Assembly: GCF_006345805.1 (NCBI RefSeq)
Contig: NC_043000.1
Location: 103,912,001-103,976,000 of the forward strand
DNA: 64,000 bases
Reading direction: 5' to 3'
Source: Octopus sinensis
Lineage: Eukaryota
The notes beneath the pieces were generated by a model. The model saw nothing but the letters and a program-made list of their open reading frames with translations, was not told the origin of the DNA and searched no databases. Shown here piece by piece: positions 52,158 through 64,000 of this stretch. A program made the translations under genes and the position numbers. Each line of letters opens with the position of its first letter. Position 1 is the stretch's first letter.

Positions 52158-52339
52158 ATGGAAAACAAAACTTGGGAGGCGAGTGTGTGGTGTTGTCTTG
52201 TATTTGTGTATAAAATTGTGAATTTATTTCAAGCCCTACAATGTCACCCAAATGCTCTACACCTTCAAGTGCCAGAGGAATATGCTTACTATAGCAGAGA
52301 AGGTGAGACTCCTCAACAAGCTTAAGGAAGGGAGAAGGA

Positions 52340-52800
52340 CTATGCAAAATATTCAAAAATTTTCATTGTTCTAAACACAATCAAGATCTTGTGCAATGGA
52401 AACCTGAATATCGTTTTGGTCAGCTGAAAGCAGTTTTGGCACAAACTTGGCAGACATGCATCTCATACCCAAATCTTCAGTGATAATGGACTGAACTGAA
52501 TTGTAACTAGTCTGCACATCCTCTGATAACTCATGGTTGGTGATTTGGCAATTCCCCTCATAGCTGCGTGCACATCCGTGATGTTTTTTCTCAGTTCTGC
52601 TGGTTGTAGATCTCCCAGAACGCTCATTAATATCAACATTTTTTCAGACATCTTGGAAACATCTGAACCACTTGTACACTTGTGTGCAGCTCATACACTC
52701 CTCTCCATACACTTTCTGCAACTTTGCATAGGCCTCTGAGCAGGTATTGCCATGACAACTTTCACTGTCATGGTCAATATGACAATCACATGCTACACAC
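52340..52800 (-). mobile_element. Decayed mariner transposase fragment (HTH region)
   Basis: YAKLQKVYGEECMSCTQVYKWFRCF. Confidence 0.7.
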
Positions 52801-53455
52801 ATTCCTTCCAAGCACTGCTGTAAACAGTACTTGGAAGGAATGTGTGTAGCATGGGGTTTTTTAAAACATAGCATCTGCAATAGTTGAGGGATTACTGCTT
52901 GACCAAGGCATGAACGTTATACCTGATAACTCCTTTATACATAATGTATCTAGGATTATATTATGAAAAACTGCTGTTGCTGCCTCCCCACCCACCACCA
53001 CCATCGTCATCTGTGTGTCTGTTATTTTTTCCATGCTGATATGAGTTGGACAAAGAGTTTCTCTAATGTGAGTTGAAAAGAAGGAGTCTAGACTGACATG
53101 CAGCCTGTGGAGTCTATACCTCAACTGAACATTCTATATGTGAGAGAGAGAGTGTGAAAAAAAAAGAGAGAGAGAGAGAGAGAGGGAGGGAGGGAGTGCT
53201 AGGGAGTAGATGATCTTAGCTAACAAGCAATGGAATTGGAGGTGATCTGATATGGATTAGCTTCAAGGTTATTTTTATATATAGGTAGGGTGACGGGCAT
53301 CCTTTGTTTAATATGGTAGGTTTAATTTGAAGGAAATTTAACTGCTTTTAGCAGGCTGAAAGACTATGTGACAGTTTCTTCATTGTCTAAGATAGGATGA
53401 GGTATTTAATTCAAGTTATTGCTTAATCCCAGGTTAGCCTCTGATGTATGTATAA

Positions 53456-53628
53456 CCCTTTAGCATTCAGATTACTCTGTCAAATGTAATGCTTATATAT
53501 TCATATTGTTACGAATTATTTGTGCATTATCTCATACTTTCAAGATTTTAATGATGATTATTTATTTATAGAATGACATTGTAGGTAGGTATGAGAGGCT
53601 GAAACTAGCTAGTTTAACTGCTAGAGGG
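53456..53628. mobile_element. piggyBac-like MITE
   Basis: CCCTTTAGCA...TGCTAGAGGG|TTAA. Homologous to 3345-3591. Confidence 0.65.
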
Positions 53629-54002
53629 TTAAAGGTACTGCAGTCAAGACAATCTAGTTGATTTTTTTCCTTCAGAATTTCATTATCCAATGTGATTTAA
53701 AATTTTTAAGATATGGTAGGATTTGAGGGATATTTGTCTACTATTCATAGCATGTTGAATGACCATGGAGGTTCTTTTAGAGTAAATTAAATTGGTTATG
53801 CTTAGAAATTTAAGCACTGTTAAGATTATAATTTTCTAAGCTATTCAGATTACCTCAATTGTAATCAAATCATTCTAGCCTAATGTGGCCCTCCTTATTT
53901 AAAACATCATTTAGAGTGTATATTTACAAAATATCATCAGTGGTTGCTTCTGTTGTCCTGAAGTTTCAGTTTCACCCTGACTGAGTAGTTCTTCCATTTA
54001 CA

Positions 54003-54034
<32 letters not shown>

Positions 54035-54039
54035 TAGAG

Positions 54040-55437
54040 GTAGGTGAATAGCTTGTGAAAGTAGTGCAGGTCAGATACAGAGGTGCTGTTAGTAACGTAA
54101 GAGTTAGTCATGAGTACAGCGACAAATTTAATGTACAGGTAGGTGTTCACCAAGGCTTGGTTCTCAGCCCCCTCCTATTCATCATTGTCCTCCAGTCTAT
54201 AACAGAGAAATTTAGGACTGGTAACCCATGGGAACTACTATATGCTGATGATCTTGCCCTCATAGTAGAATCTGTAACAGAATTAGAAAATACATTCCAG
54301 GTGTGGAAGCAAAACCTGGAATTAAAAGGTCTTAAAGTTAAGTTAGCAAAGATCAACATTCTAGTAAGCAAGAAATCAAACAGGGCCCTACTCATTTCAG
54401 ATAAATGACCCCACTCAATATGTAGGAAAAGTGTAGAGAGAAATTCCGTTTGGTGTACCCAGTACAAACTACAGACATACAAGAGGTGTAGTGGAATAGT
54501 TGGAAGGTTAACAGAGAAAGTAGTGTTTGTAAGTGGAAGATGTACAGGAGCCATAAGGACTACAGATACATGGAAAACTGATTTCCTCAAATATCCCGGA
54601 GGCTCTCTGGAAACAGTAGACAATTTCTGCTACCTATGTGACCTATTTAGCAGTGGAGGAGGATGTACCAAAAGTGTGTAATTGTTAGAATAAGAATAGG
54701 ATGGAAAAAGTTCAGAAAGCTTTTACTTCCATTGGCAATGAAAGTTTTCTCTGTCCGAGTGAAAGGAATATAGTATGATGTATGTATGCTAACTGCAATG
54801 CTACATGGTAGTGAGATGTTGGCCCTGAATGCAGAGGTCATGCAAATACTAGAGAGGAATGAAGCTGGTATTATCTGCTGTATGTGCAATGTCAGTGTGC
54901 ATGTGTGATAGAGCACTAGTATATTGAAAGAAAAATTAGACATAAAAGGGATTAGGTGCAATATGCAAGAGAGAAGACTGAGCTGGTTTGGTCATGAGAT
55001 GCAGCTGGATGAGAGCAATTGCATAAAGAAGTGCTGATCACTTAAAGTGGAGGGAAGTTGTGAAAGAGGGAGACCCAGGAAGACATGGGATGAAGTGCTG
55101 AAAGCTGATCTCAAAAAACTGAACCAAAACAAGGAAATGACAAAGGACTGGAATATGTGGCACATTGCTGTACTCAAGAAGATCTGCCTACCACAACAGA
55201 ATTGATATCTTAAACCAAAGTGCTGATGCCGTGAGAAAAGCACTGGTGCTGATACCATGTAAAAAGCACCCAGTACACTCTGTAAAGTGGTTGGCATTAG
55301 GAAGGGCATCCAGCTGTAGAAACCATGCCAAACAGACTATGGAACCTGGAGTGGCTCCTGGCCTTGCTAGCTTCTGTCAAGCTGCCCAACCCATGTCAGC
55401 AGGGAAAACTGACATTAAATGATGATGATGATGATTG
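54040..55437 (+). mobile_element. 5'-truncated, decayed RTE LINE
   Basis: [46 protein letters not shown], shared 3' UTR and (GAT)n tail. Confidence 0.9.
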
Positions 55438-55489
55438 ATTATACCTACATAATTACATACATAAGTGCATACATACATACATAACTTAA

Positions 55490-56463
55490 AGAATGTCGCA
55501 GTGCTGAAATATGCAGATGACATCAAGCTGTACCTTGAGATAAACAGGACAGATCCTGAACACTATAGATCTTTCCTGCAATCGGATCTGGACACAATGC
55601 AACAATGGATCACAGACTGATAACTCAAGCTGACCGTGGATAAGTGTACCACCATACATTTGGGGAGGGAAAACCCAGCATCCACATACTCTCTCCACAA
55701 CACTGATATCAAGAAGTCTTCTTGTGAATGTGACCTAGGCATTAGTCAGCAGCAATTTGCACTGGACAAAGCACATCTCTAAAATTGTCAAGAAAGCTGA
55801 GGATGTCTTGGCATCATTCAGCAAGACCTTTGTCAGCGACTCTCCAGCTATCTATTTAAGGCTATATATGGCTATTGTGCAGCCACACTTGGAATTTGCA
55901 TCACCTTTCTTGCTCAGGACACTGACCTCCTGGAAACTGTTCAGAGACATGTAACCAAGTGAATACCTTCCATCAGGCATCTACCATATTCTGAATGCCT
56001 TGTTTCCCTGGGCATAAATACATTAAAGCTCTGACGTCTGGCAACTGACTTGGTAAATACCCACAAAATTATTAACCATCATGCCAACAACCATCTTGAG
56101 CACATTTTTGAGGTCCATGTGTCTAACACATATGGGAATGCCAATAAAGTTAGAAAACAGCAAAGCACGCATGGCTTCCAGAAACATTTCTTCACACTCA
56201 GAGTTGCTGAAGCATGGAACAAACTACCTGCATCAGTTGTTAGCTGCTGAGACATTGCATGTTCTAAAACCTCCATGCTTCCTGAAATTTGCCAACACTA
56301 CACCTGATATCCCTACCTCCATATGCATGCACACATGTATATCATGACTCATACACTGTTCACTTTCCTGATGTTTGTACATAATTCTAAATACTATACA
56401 TGTACCTTTGATGAGTTGTAGCACACCTGAGCACTGTACACAATAATTTCATTATTATTATTA
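55490..56463 (+). mobile_element. 5'-truncated, decayed CR1-like LINE
   Basis: LKYADDIKLY, LQSDLD, LYMAIVQPHLEFA, FFTLRVAEAWNKLP, (ATT)n tail. Confidence 0.85.
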
Positions 56464-59309
56464 TACACACACACACACATATTATTCATTATCATCATGT
56501 AATGCCCATTTTTCCATGCTTGCATGGGTCAGACAGAATTCAACAGCCAGATGCCCTCACCTGTGACCACATGGTTGAGAAATAAACTTCTTAACCACAT
56601 AGCCACACCTGTTCCTATCATCATCGTTTAACGTCCACTTTTCATGCTAGCATGGGTTGGACGATTTGACTGAGATCTGGTGAACCAGATGGCTGCACCA
56701 GACTCCAATCTGATCTGGCAGAGTTTCTACAGCTGGATGCCCTTCCTAATGCCAACTACACAAACACACACTATATTTTGATTGGTTTTGTCTTTGATTT
56801 CATCAAGAGTTTTTTTTTATCTTCTGTATATATACATGGTCCAAAACTTGATTCAAACCAGGAGCCATTATTTATAAACAAGAGATTACGATATCTACAT
56901 TCGCAGGCTACTTGCTACAGCTGTGAATAAGAAATTTGATGACTATCCAAGACTAAACCAATGGAAACAAGTATTGCTATAAATATTCTACATATACACT
57001 TTAAAGATGAGGTTTAATTGTCCACAAAACTGTAATCTTCTTAACAATAATTCACCTCAGGTATTTAGATGTTTAATGATATACAGATGTTTGGCAGAAT
57101 CTCTTAATTATTACTATTATCATTATAATTATTACATAAATCATATCTTTATACAAAGACAAAATTCAAATGTTTATGTATATAATATTGATCAATACAT
57201 TTCACTTCTCTGCAAATTTGCAGACTGTAATGACACATGGAAATTTTCTCCATTTAACCCTGTCTAATCTGATAAAGTTTAATGTGGCCCAGTTATTGAA
57301 GTAGAAGGAAGTTGTGGAAGAGATTGACCCAGGAAGACATGAAATGAAGTACTGAAGGCTGATCTCAAAACGCTGAGCCTTACTTACATTTAGGTTGCCA
57401 CACAGTTTCTTTCAATCTGTCTCTCAAGATATACTTTAGATAGGCCTTTATTGGGTCTTTTAATGTATCCAAAGACTTTTATGGATGAGTGGTTAAGGTG
57501 TTCAATTCATGGTCACAAAGTTATAGCTTCCTGGACCGGACAGTGTATTTTGTCCTTGAAAAAGGCACTTCATTTCATATTACTTCAGATTTCACAGCTG
57601 TGAATGACTGCCAGCTAGGTTCTAGTGCAGCCCTCTCTCCTTCCAGCTGTTATAAGGGTCAAAGTTGGGAGGGCTGAGAGAGTGTATGTTTGTTCACAAC
57701 TAAATAGGCATCAAAAACAATTAGCAAAAGCATGTAACAAGCAATGAAATTATGCTAGTTGTAAATCTCTGTATTTCTGTGTATCTACTCAGTAGCCTTG
57801 CAAGCTAGCAGTTTCCTGTAAGTGAACTAACTTAGAAGAGATGTAGCTCTGATAGCCAGGGTAAAGACACTTTGTCTTGTAACCGAAGTCACTTCATACT
57901 TTAAATAGTAATACAGCTGGTGCCGTGATAAGATAATACCACTCAACACAGTACCCATGGGTAAGCTCAATGCAGCACTCATTTTAATGCTTCCCCTGGA
58001 CTTTTGTGCTTGCATTTGACCAAACTTTTGATCAAGTTTCTTGATGTGCTAATTCCCTTTGTACTTTATATGGTGCCACTATCTGTCAGAGAGTAAAGGT
58101 AAAAAAGTTTCTCAGCAGAATCTTGATGGCAGGTAGGACACCCACCTTGTGTTAAACCTTGGGAGACTGCCTTATCAGCTGGCACATATTTCTGTCTTCA
58201 ACTACTTTATGGCTAGTGGCTCAATAAGCACAAGATTTTAAGAGGAGACCCACATGCAGAAACTAATATACAGCTGGGGCTTCTTATAAAAATAGAAGTA
58301 GTAGTTACAAGCAATTCATGAATCAGGAATCTGGGCTTTCCAAAGTACTATCATCTCTGCATATATCAAACTGTCCAACAACTGCATAATTGAGGCCACT
58401 GTCACCCCTCATATTTGTATATAATGCAACGCTATGATACTTAATGTTAACTAACTGATTAGAACTCCATTAGTTTTATGCTATCTATCCTTAGCAACAA
58501 ATGTGTTTCACCTCTAACCCATCTGAGATGCTTAAACAGGTTGCTGAACTCATCCATTTAATCATGCCACTTCATATCACATATGCAGTCAGCCCTTATA
58601 AATCTAGATCACAAATGGATTCACATACAGCTGCACTGTAACAGTGCAGATAAAGAATACAGCCTTCAATAACTTGAGACATTCACCCACTTCTACCAAC
58701 ATTGTTCTTTTTCTGACTACCAGTACTCCTACATGTCACATGCCAAAGTAAGGGACCCTTATGTGTTTTACTCGACCTGCTAGAAATAACTACTAAATCT
58801 CTTGCAAATCACATCCTACCACATTATAAGAGACAGATGATGTAGTCATGCATACACTATGCTTTAAACAAAAACAGGAAGATTATGATTGGAATGCCCT
58901 TGATCATAGCTCTTCTCACTAAGAGCTGACTTATGTCTAAACTAACATCCAAAAAGCAAGTGATGCCTTCATGCAATGCACAGCTAGCAAGCTCTGTTTC
59001 CTCAGTTAAAAAGGCACTGTAAGTAGTACTCCTTGGGGAGAAAGCTTCCACACATTCAACAAAATACTTCCATAATTTCCATCTCACCCATTACATACAC
59101 ATAGACATATTAAATGAAAACTCTTACAATCAAAAACCAACAAAGAAATAGTATCAAAATATTCCTTGCCCCGCCTTCTTAAGAAAGGATACATTGAACT
59201 ATGTAGTCCTGAGTTTCCTACACAGAAAAAAAATGAGATGGTCATGGCTGGAATGCTTTTGATCATAGATTTGCTCAATCAGAACTGACCATGGATTTCA
59301 CAACAATAG

Positions 59310-60270
59310 CAATCCCTTCAGAACAACGTCACCAGTCTAGCAACATTTCTCAAGTATACTCCTGAATTAGCAGCTGTCCTTACCAAAATCTTCATTCTTT
59401 TTCTTCAGGGATATATCTTGATCTTTGGAAGCATACTACTGACGAAAAGCAACTTCTGTAACCTGTTATCAACCAGTCATCCTACTTTCTGCATCTCAAG
59501 TGTATCATGGAATAAAATGTTTTTGGTTTATTTTCCATTTCATTAAATTATAATTGGTTAAATAGAACAATAAGTAATACCTAAAAGGGCTTGTCAGTCT
59601 GCCTCATGGTCCTAGAGGACAAAATGGAAAAAGACATTCCTCAGAGAATGGTAGGAGAGAAGTGCTCACAATTGTGGATAACCATTGCTGCCTCAAAAGC
59701 AGTGTGCAGGGATGTGGTCTGGGGGTTGAGGATGCTGGAGGACTCCACTGCTACAGGCTTGACCACAAATCTGTCAGAGAGCAGCTAGAGTTTGTGGTAT
59801 CTGGAGTGGTCTTTGAGTTTGCTGCCCCCTTTCCTCACAAGAAATATAAACTATAAATAAAGTGCAACTCCAAAAAAATGCCACCCACCCCCCTTTCAGT
59901 GTGCTAGCAGTTCTCCAAAAAATCTGTTGCATTTGACATCAAAGCTATTGATCATGTCTGGTATAAGAATGTTCAAGCTAAGCCATCCACATATGGGCTT
60001 TATCTGCCTCTCAACGCTTGGATTAGAAGCTTTCAGACAAATTGCACCATCACAGTGCATACTGTCAGGACTCACTCTGGTTCACACTATCAACTCTAGT
60101 TTGTCTGAAAGTTTGATCATGTCCCCATTCTTCTTACTGTACATTATCAACCTGCTTGTAGTTATCTCTAACAATGCTCACTGCTATACAGATAATATAA
60201 GCCTTCACAGTCATTGTTTTATGCTAAAGAAAGAATTTTATTCCTCATCCACTCTAGATGAAGGTAGATA
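59310..60270 (+). mobile_element. Ancient L2/Crack-like RT remnant
   Basis: PELAAVLTKIF, AFDI.KAIDHVW, INSSLSESLIMSPFFLLYIINLL...HCYTDNISL. These read as decayed GVPQG and YADD regions. Confidence 0.5.
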
Positions 60271-60289
60271 GCGCAGTGGTTGAGCTGCG

Positions 60290-60518
60290 AAACGGTGAGC
60301 TGGTAGAAATGTTAGCACACTGGGTGAAATGCGTAGCCATATTTCATCTGCCGTTACGTTCTGACTTCAAATTCCGCTGATGTCGACTTTGCCTTTCATC
60401 CTTTTGGGGATGAATTAAGTACCAGTTATGCACTGGGTTCAATATAATTGACTTAATCCGTCTGTCTGTCCTTGTTTGTCCCCTCTGTGTTTAGCCCCTT
60501 GTGGGTAGTAAAGGAATA
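60290..60518 (+). mobile_element. SINE family B inserted into an older SINE
   Basis: Full family B sequence with a ggttgagct direct repeat on both sides. Confidence 0.85.
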
Positions 60519-61536
60519 GGTTGAGCTCATGATTATCAAGTTATGGCTTTGATTCTCAGATCATGTTTCTCAACTCCACTCAGCTGAAAATTAATATCAC
60601 CAACAGCATGGGGCAGGTTGGGGTTAACCTTGCCATGGACTAGCATCCTATTCAGTGAGAAGTCTTATACATCCAGTCACTGAGATGAGAATTGGGATAA
60701 GCTTCAACCTAATGGACTTGTAGCCTCAAGACAGAAAAAGGAGGATCCTCTCTAAATTTGGACAACATGAATCTAAGACCATGAAATACCATACAAAAGA
60801 TTTCTAATTCTCAAAACAGATGGCAGGCCTGATAAAAGAAAATCTATTAATCATAATCACAAGGACATCATTCAACAAGAATTGTCACATGACCACTATC
60901 ATCATCAGAGAGACCCGTAACTCTGTTTTTTGTGAGGTACTGAAAAATTAGTTTTCATATAATTCTTGGGATGATTGAATCAGAGTAGTTTCCAAGTCTC
61001 CTAGCTATGAACAGAACGTAGTGCTACTGACAATGCACGAACCAACAACTTTTCAGCTGGTTATCTGCTAACTTATCCATTCAGCTATCTATAGTCAGTG
61101 TAATAGCTGTGGAAACTCTTAGTGCTAAAGCCAAACTATGAAAGATTATATTAAAATCTTATTTGTTATATGCTGTAATTTACATATCTTTCATTAGAGT
61201 CCACATTTTCTAACATAAGAAATCAGGTTTTCTATCAGCAGCAACTTTGTTTCATGATATTTTTAGAAATTAAAATCTATAAATTTTAACTTCTTTTTTT
61301 TTTATAGAAGTAACATTATCAGAACATTAAAATAATCTATAGACTACTGACTGAGAAGTCATTCTTTCTAAATAAGGCTATCAGAAACATATTTCAACAA
61401 ATGATTGATATGAGCATCAGATTGATTTGTGTAAAGTCTGTAATAAGGTACAACAATATCATTTTAGTCATTTGTTATCTCAACTAATCTGTGATTGTCC
61501 TCCTCTTACATAGCATTTAACTAAAAGAATTGTTAC

Positions 61537-61686
61537 CTTCAGGATTTTGGAAGAGCTGAACAATTGTTTTATCTTTGCTTTGAATTGTATCGTTTCTCTG
61601 TCGAAGGGCTAAGCTACTTGGTATATGAACCAGATCATCAGTGTGAGCTACTTCATGACCACATTGGCGACATATCAGATGTGAAG
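61537..61686 (-). CDS. CULT-domain protein exon: SHLICRQCGHEVAHTDDLVHIPSSLALRQRNDTIQSKDKTIVQLFQNPE(G)
   Basis: Strong acceptor ttttttcttcttgtag, donor gtaac, 150 bp, phase 1 in and out. Contains the first CxxC and the NPxG motif. Confidence 0.92.
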
Positions 61687-63602
61687 CTACAAGAAGAAAA
61701 AAGACAAAAATAGTTTTAAAATTCTTTTGAAACTATTTTATGCAGATTTTCTTTTTTTTTTTTGATATGATACAGATATAATAAATATTTGTAGAATCTA
61801 ATGTATCATTTAAGTGAAGATATTACAAGAGAAAGCATTATTCTGACATATACTTTGGATGATCAAATTTTACCTGATATGAAAGGGAACCTGCTTGAGG
61901 TAAACAGCTAAATTTATTTAAAATTTCATGAAATTTTTCTATTTAATTTATCTTTTTGATGACCAACTGTAGAGTCAAGGGCAATGAAGACAGTAACAAC
62001 ATAAGACACTGGATTAAGTCCTAATTTTGTTTTGTTCCTTGAATGAAGTTCAATAGTATAAGTATCACAAATATATATTTTTTAAATTTATTTAAGAAAT
62101 AGCAGCTAAATCTTCCTACAATTACACTTTTGCCATCTTAAGAAACAAAGGATAAATAGGATATTATAGTCCTGGGTAAATTATGTCTGAAGGAAGGACA
62201 GTATGGTTATGGTTACAACACTTTATTGAAAGGTCTGCTTAATTGGGGATGACTTGGCACTATCAGCAACAAAAATAACAAAAAAAAAAAAAAAAAACCC
62301 TGCAGTGGTGAGTACTATAGAAGAGGAAATCCCTTAGTGTGTCACATTGGAAATAATTTTAATTCTTGCTTATGTAATTCCTGTTTATGTAATTTGGCTC
62401 CACTTTACACATCCCACTTCTATCTAATCTAAAAGTTGGATGAGAAAAATTGTTAACCCTCAAAATTGTTCATATTTTTTATTTTCACTGGAGATGAGGT
62501 TAAAATCAGTCTTAACCCTAGTTACTTTAATACCTTATTTTTTTTTACATTAGTAGCTTTATATTGATGTCTGAAGGAGGAAATAAAAATAAGAGGAAAA
62601 GACACCTGGAATGTGATAAGTTTCATGTATAACTTCCTTAAGGTTTTAAATCCAATGCTATATCAACCAGTGCTTTATCATATCAGCAGAGAGGGGGGGA
62701 GAGAGGATTAGGAGAGAAAGAGAGGAAAAGATAGAGAAAAAAAGTGGAAAGATTATAGTATATACCTTTTGATGAAAACTTAATAATTAAAATATATGAC
62801 TTCAATACTTATAATGCTAAATATTTATGCTTTCACTTACCCCTCAAATTTGAGTGTGAACGATACTAGTACATTAAGAATTTTGCCTCTTCTAATTAAT
62901 TTGTATTGATTGAGTTACATTTTGCTCCCTAATACCCAGTTCAGCAACACTACTGAGCTTTCATGTGAACTATTAGAATTAACAGCTAATTTATTTACCC
63001 AGTAAGCTAATTCTCTTCATTCTAGTACTCATAGACTTTTTGTCTATCTAATAAACAGTGGTAGATAGAAGTTTAATGTCTGGCTGATCACAATGTCATG
63101 TTCCATTAATAGGCACAATTTTGGCAAACAGAATTTCATAGTTGTCAAAACAATTCTTCTACAGATTAAAGATTTTTGTATCAATACTCCGATTATTTCT
63201 TAATTAGATGTCAATATATAATAGGACTGCGTCTAGAAGGAAATTAGCATTGAAATACTCAATTCAAAGTCTGTCAGAATTGACACAAGGAATAAGATAG
63301 GTGATCAGCTGTTTCAAATTCTTAGATTATAAGCAAGAATTAAGATGTTTGATAATGTATCAAATAGCTATATTTGAAGTATATATTAAAAACATTTTTA
63401 GAGTAAAAATAATTCTTGATACAAATAACAAATTACACAATGTATATTAAATATATTCACAATTCAAAATGTTCATCGAAAATACTCAAATATATATATA
63501 ATAAACATGTAAATATATAAACACATACATACATAGATACATATACATACATAAACATATATACACACTTATACATAGAAAAAAAATACATATACATAGT
63601 TT

Positions 63603-63644
<42 letters not shown>

Positions 63645-64000
63645 ATACATGTATGTATACAACAATGCCAGATTAAGGCCAACCTATGCCCTAAGCACAG
63701 CCCAACAGTACAGTTCCTCCTCGACCCTTCAATTCTCTGAAGGGTGCTGAATGTGAAATAATGGATTAATAATTCAGTTTTCTTCAACGCAAGACCTCTC
63801 CACTATAACTATATTAAGAATAGCTGTTAGCTATGTAAGCAAATTATTTATTCGTAACTAGGACAGCAGGAAAAAGATATAAAAATCTGTAACTTTTTAT
63901 TAAGAAATATTTATAGTTGTGGTCAATTAGGCACTGGGAAAATAACTGGTGTCCCTTTCTATTTACACCCTTTGCACGTGCATTTTTTCCCTTTTTCTTT

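Noticed and set aside
62825-62940. Minus-strand GTAAGT donor as candidate first exon of the CULT gene
   Set aside because: The required phase 1 frame has a TAG nine codons upstream with no ATG in between. Exon 1 probably lies beyond the window.

Overview
AT-rich eukaryotic genomic DNA, dense in microsatellites and transposons. The SINE and RTE repeat families suggest an octopus or other coleoid cephalopod (inference from family recognition). One host gene can be reconstructed: five phase-compatible minus-strand exons (61686 to 30495) encode a cereblon-like CULT/thalidomide-binding domain with both CxxC zinc pairs and the three cage tryptophans. Its first exon is not in the window. The rest is layered mobile DNA: several tRNA-derived SINE families, CR1/L2-, RTE-, R4/Dong- and Penelope-type retroelements, Tc1, mariner and Tigger relics, MITEs and non-autonomous Helitrons. 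The most notable signals are two hammerhead-ribozyme-like folds (one canonical core with an 85-nt stem II, one with a non-canonical core inside a ~260-bp TSD-flanked mini-element) and a young CR1-type LINE with a twin-priming-like 5' inversion inside a (TA)n tract. Most ORF-track entries are microsatellite or repeat artefacts. All calls were made by eye; no searches or folding programs were run.
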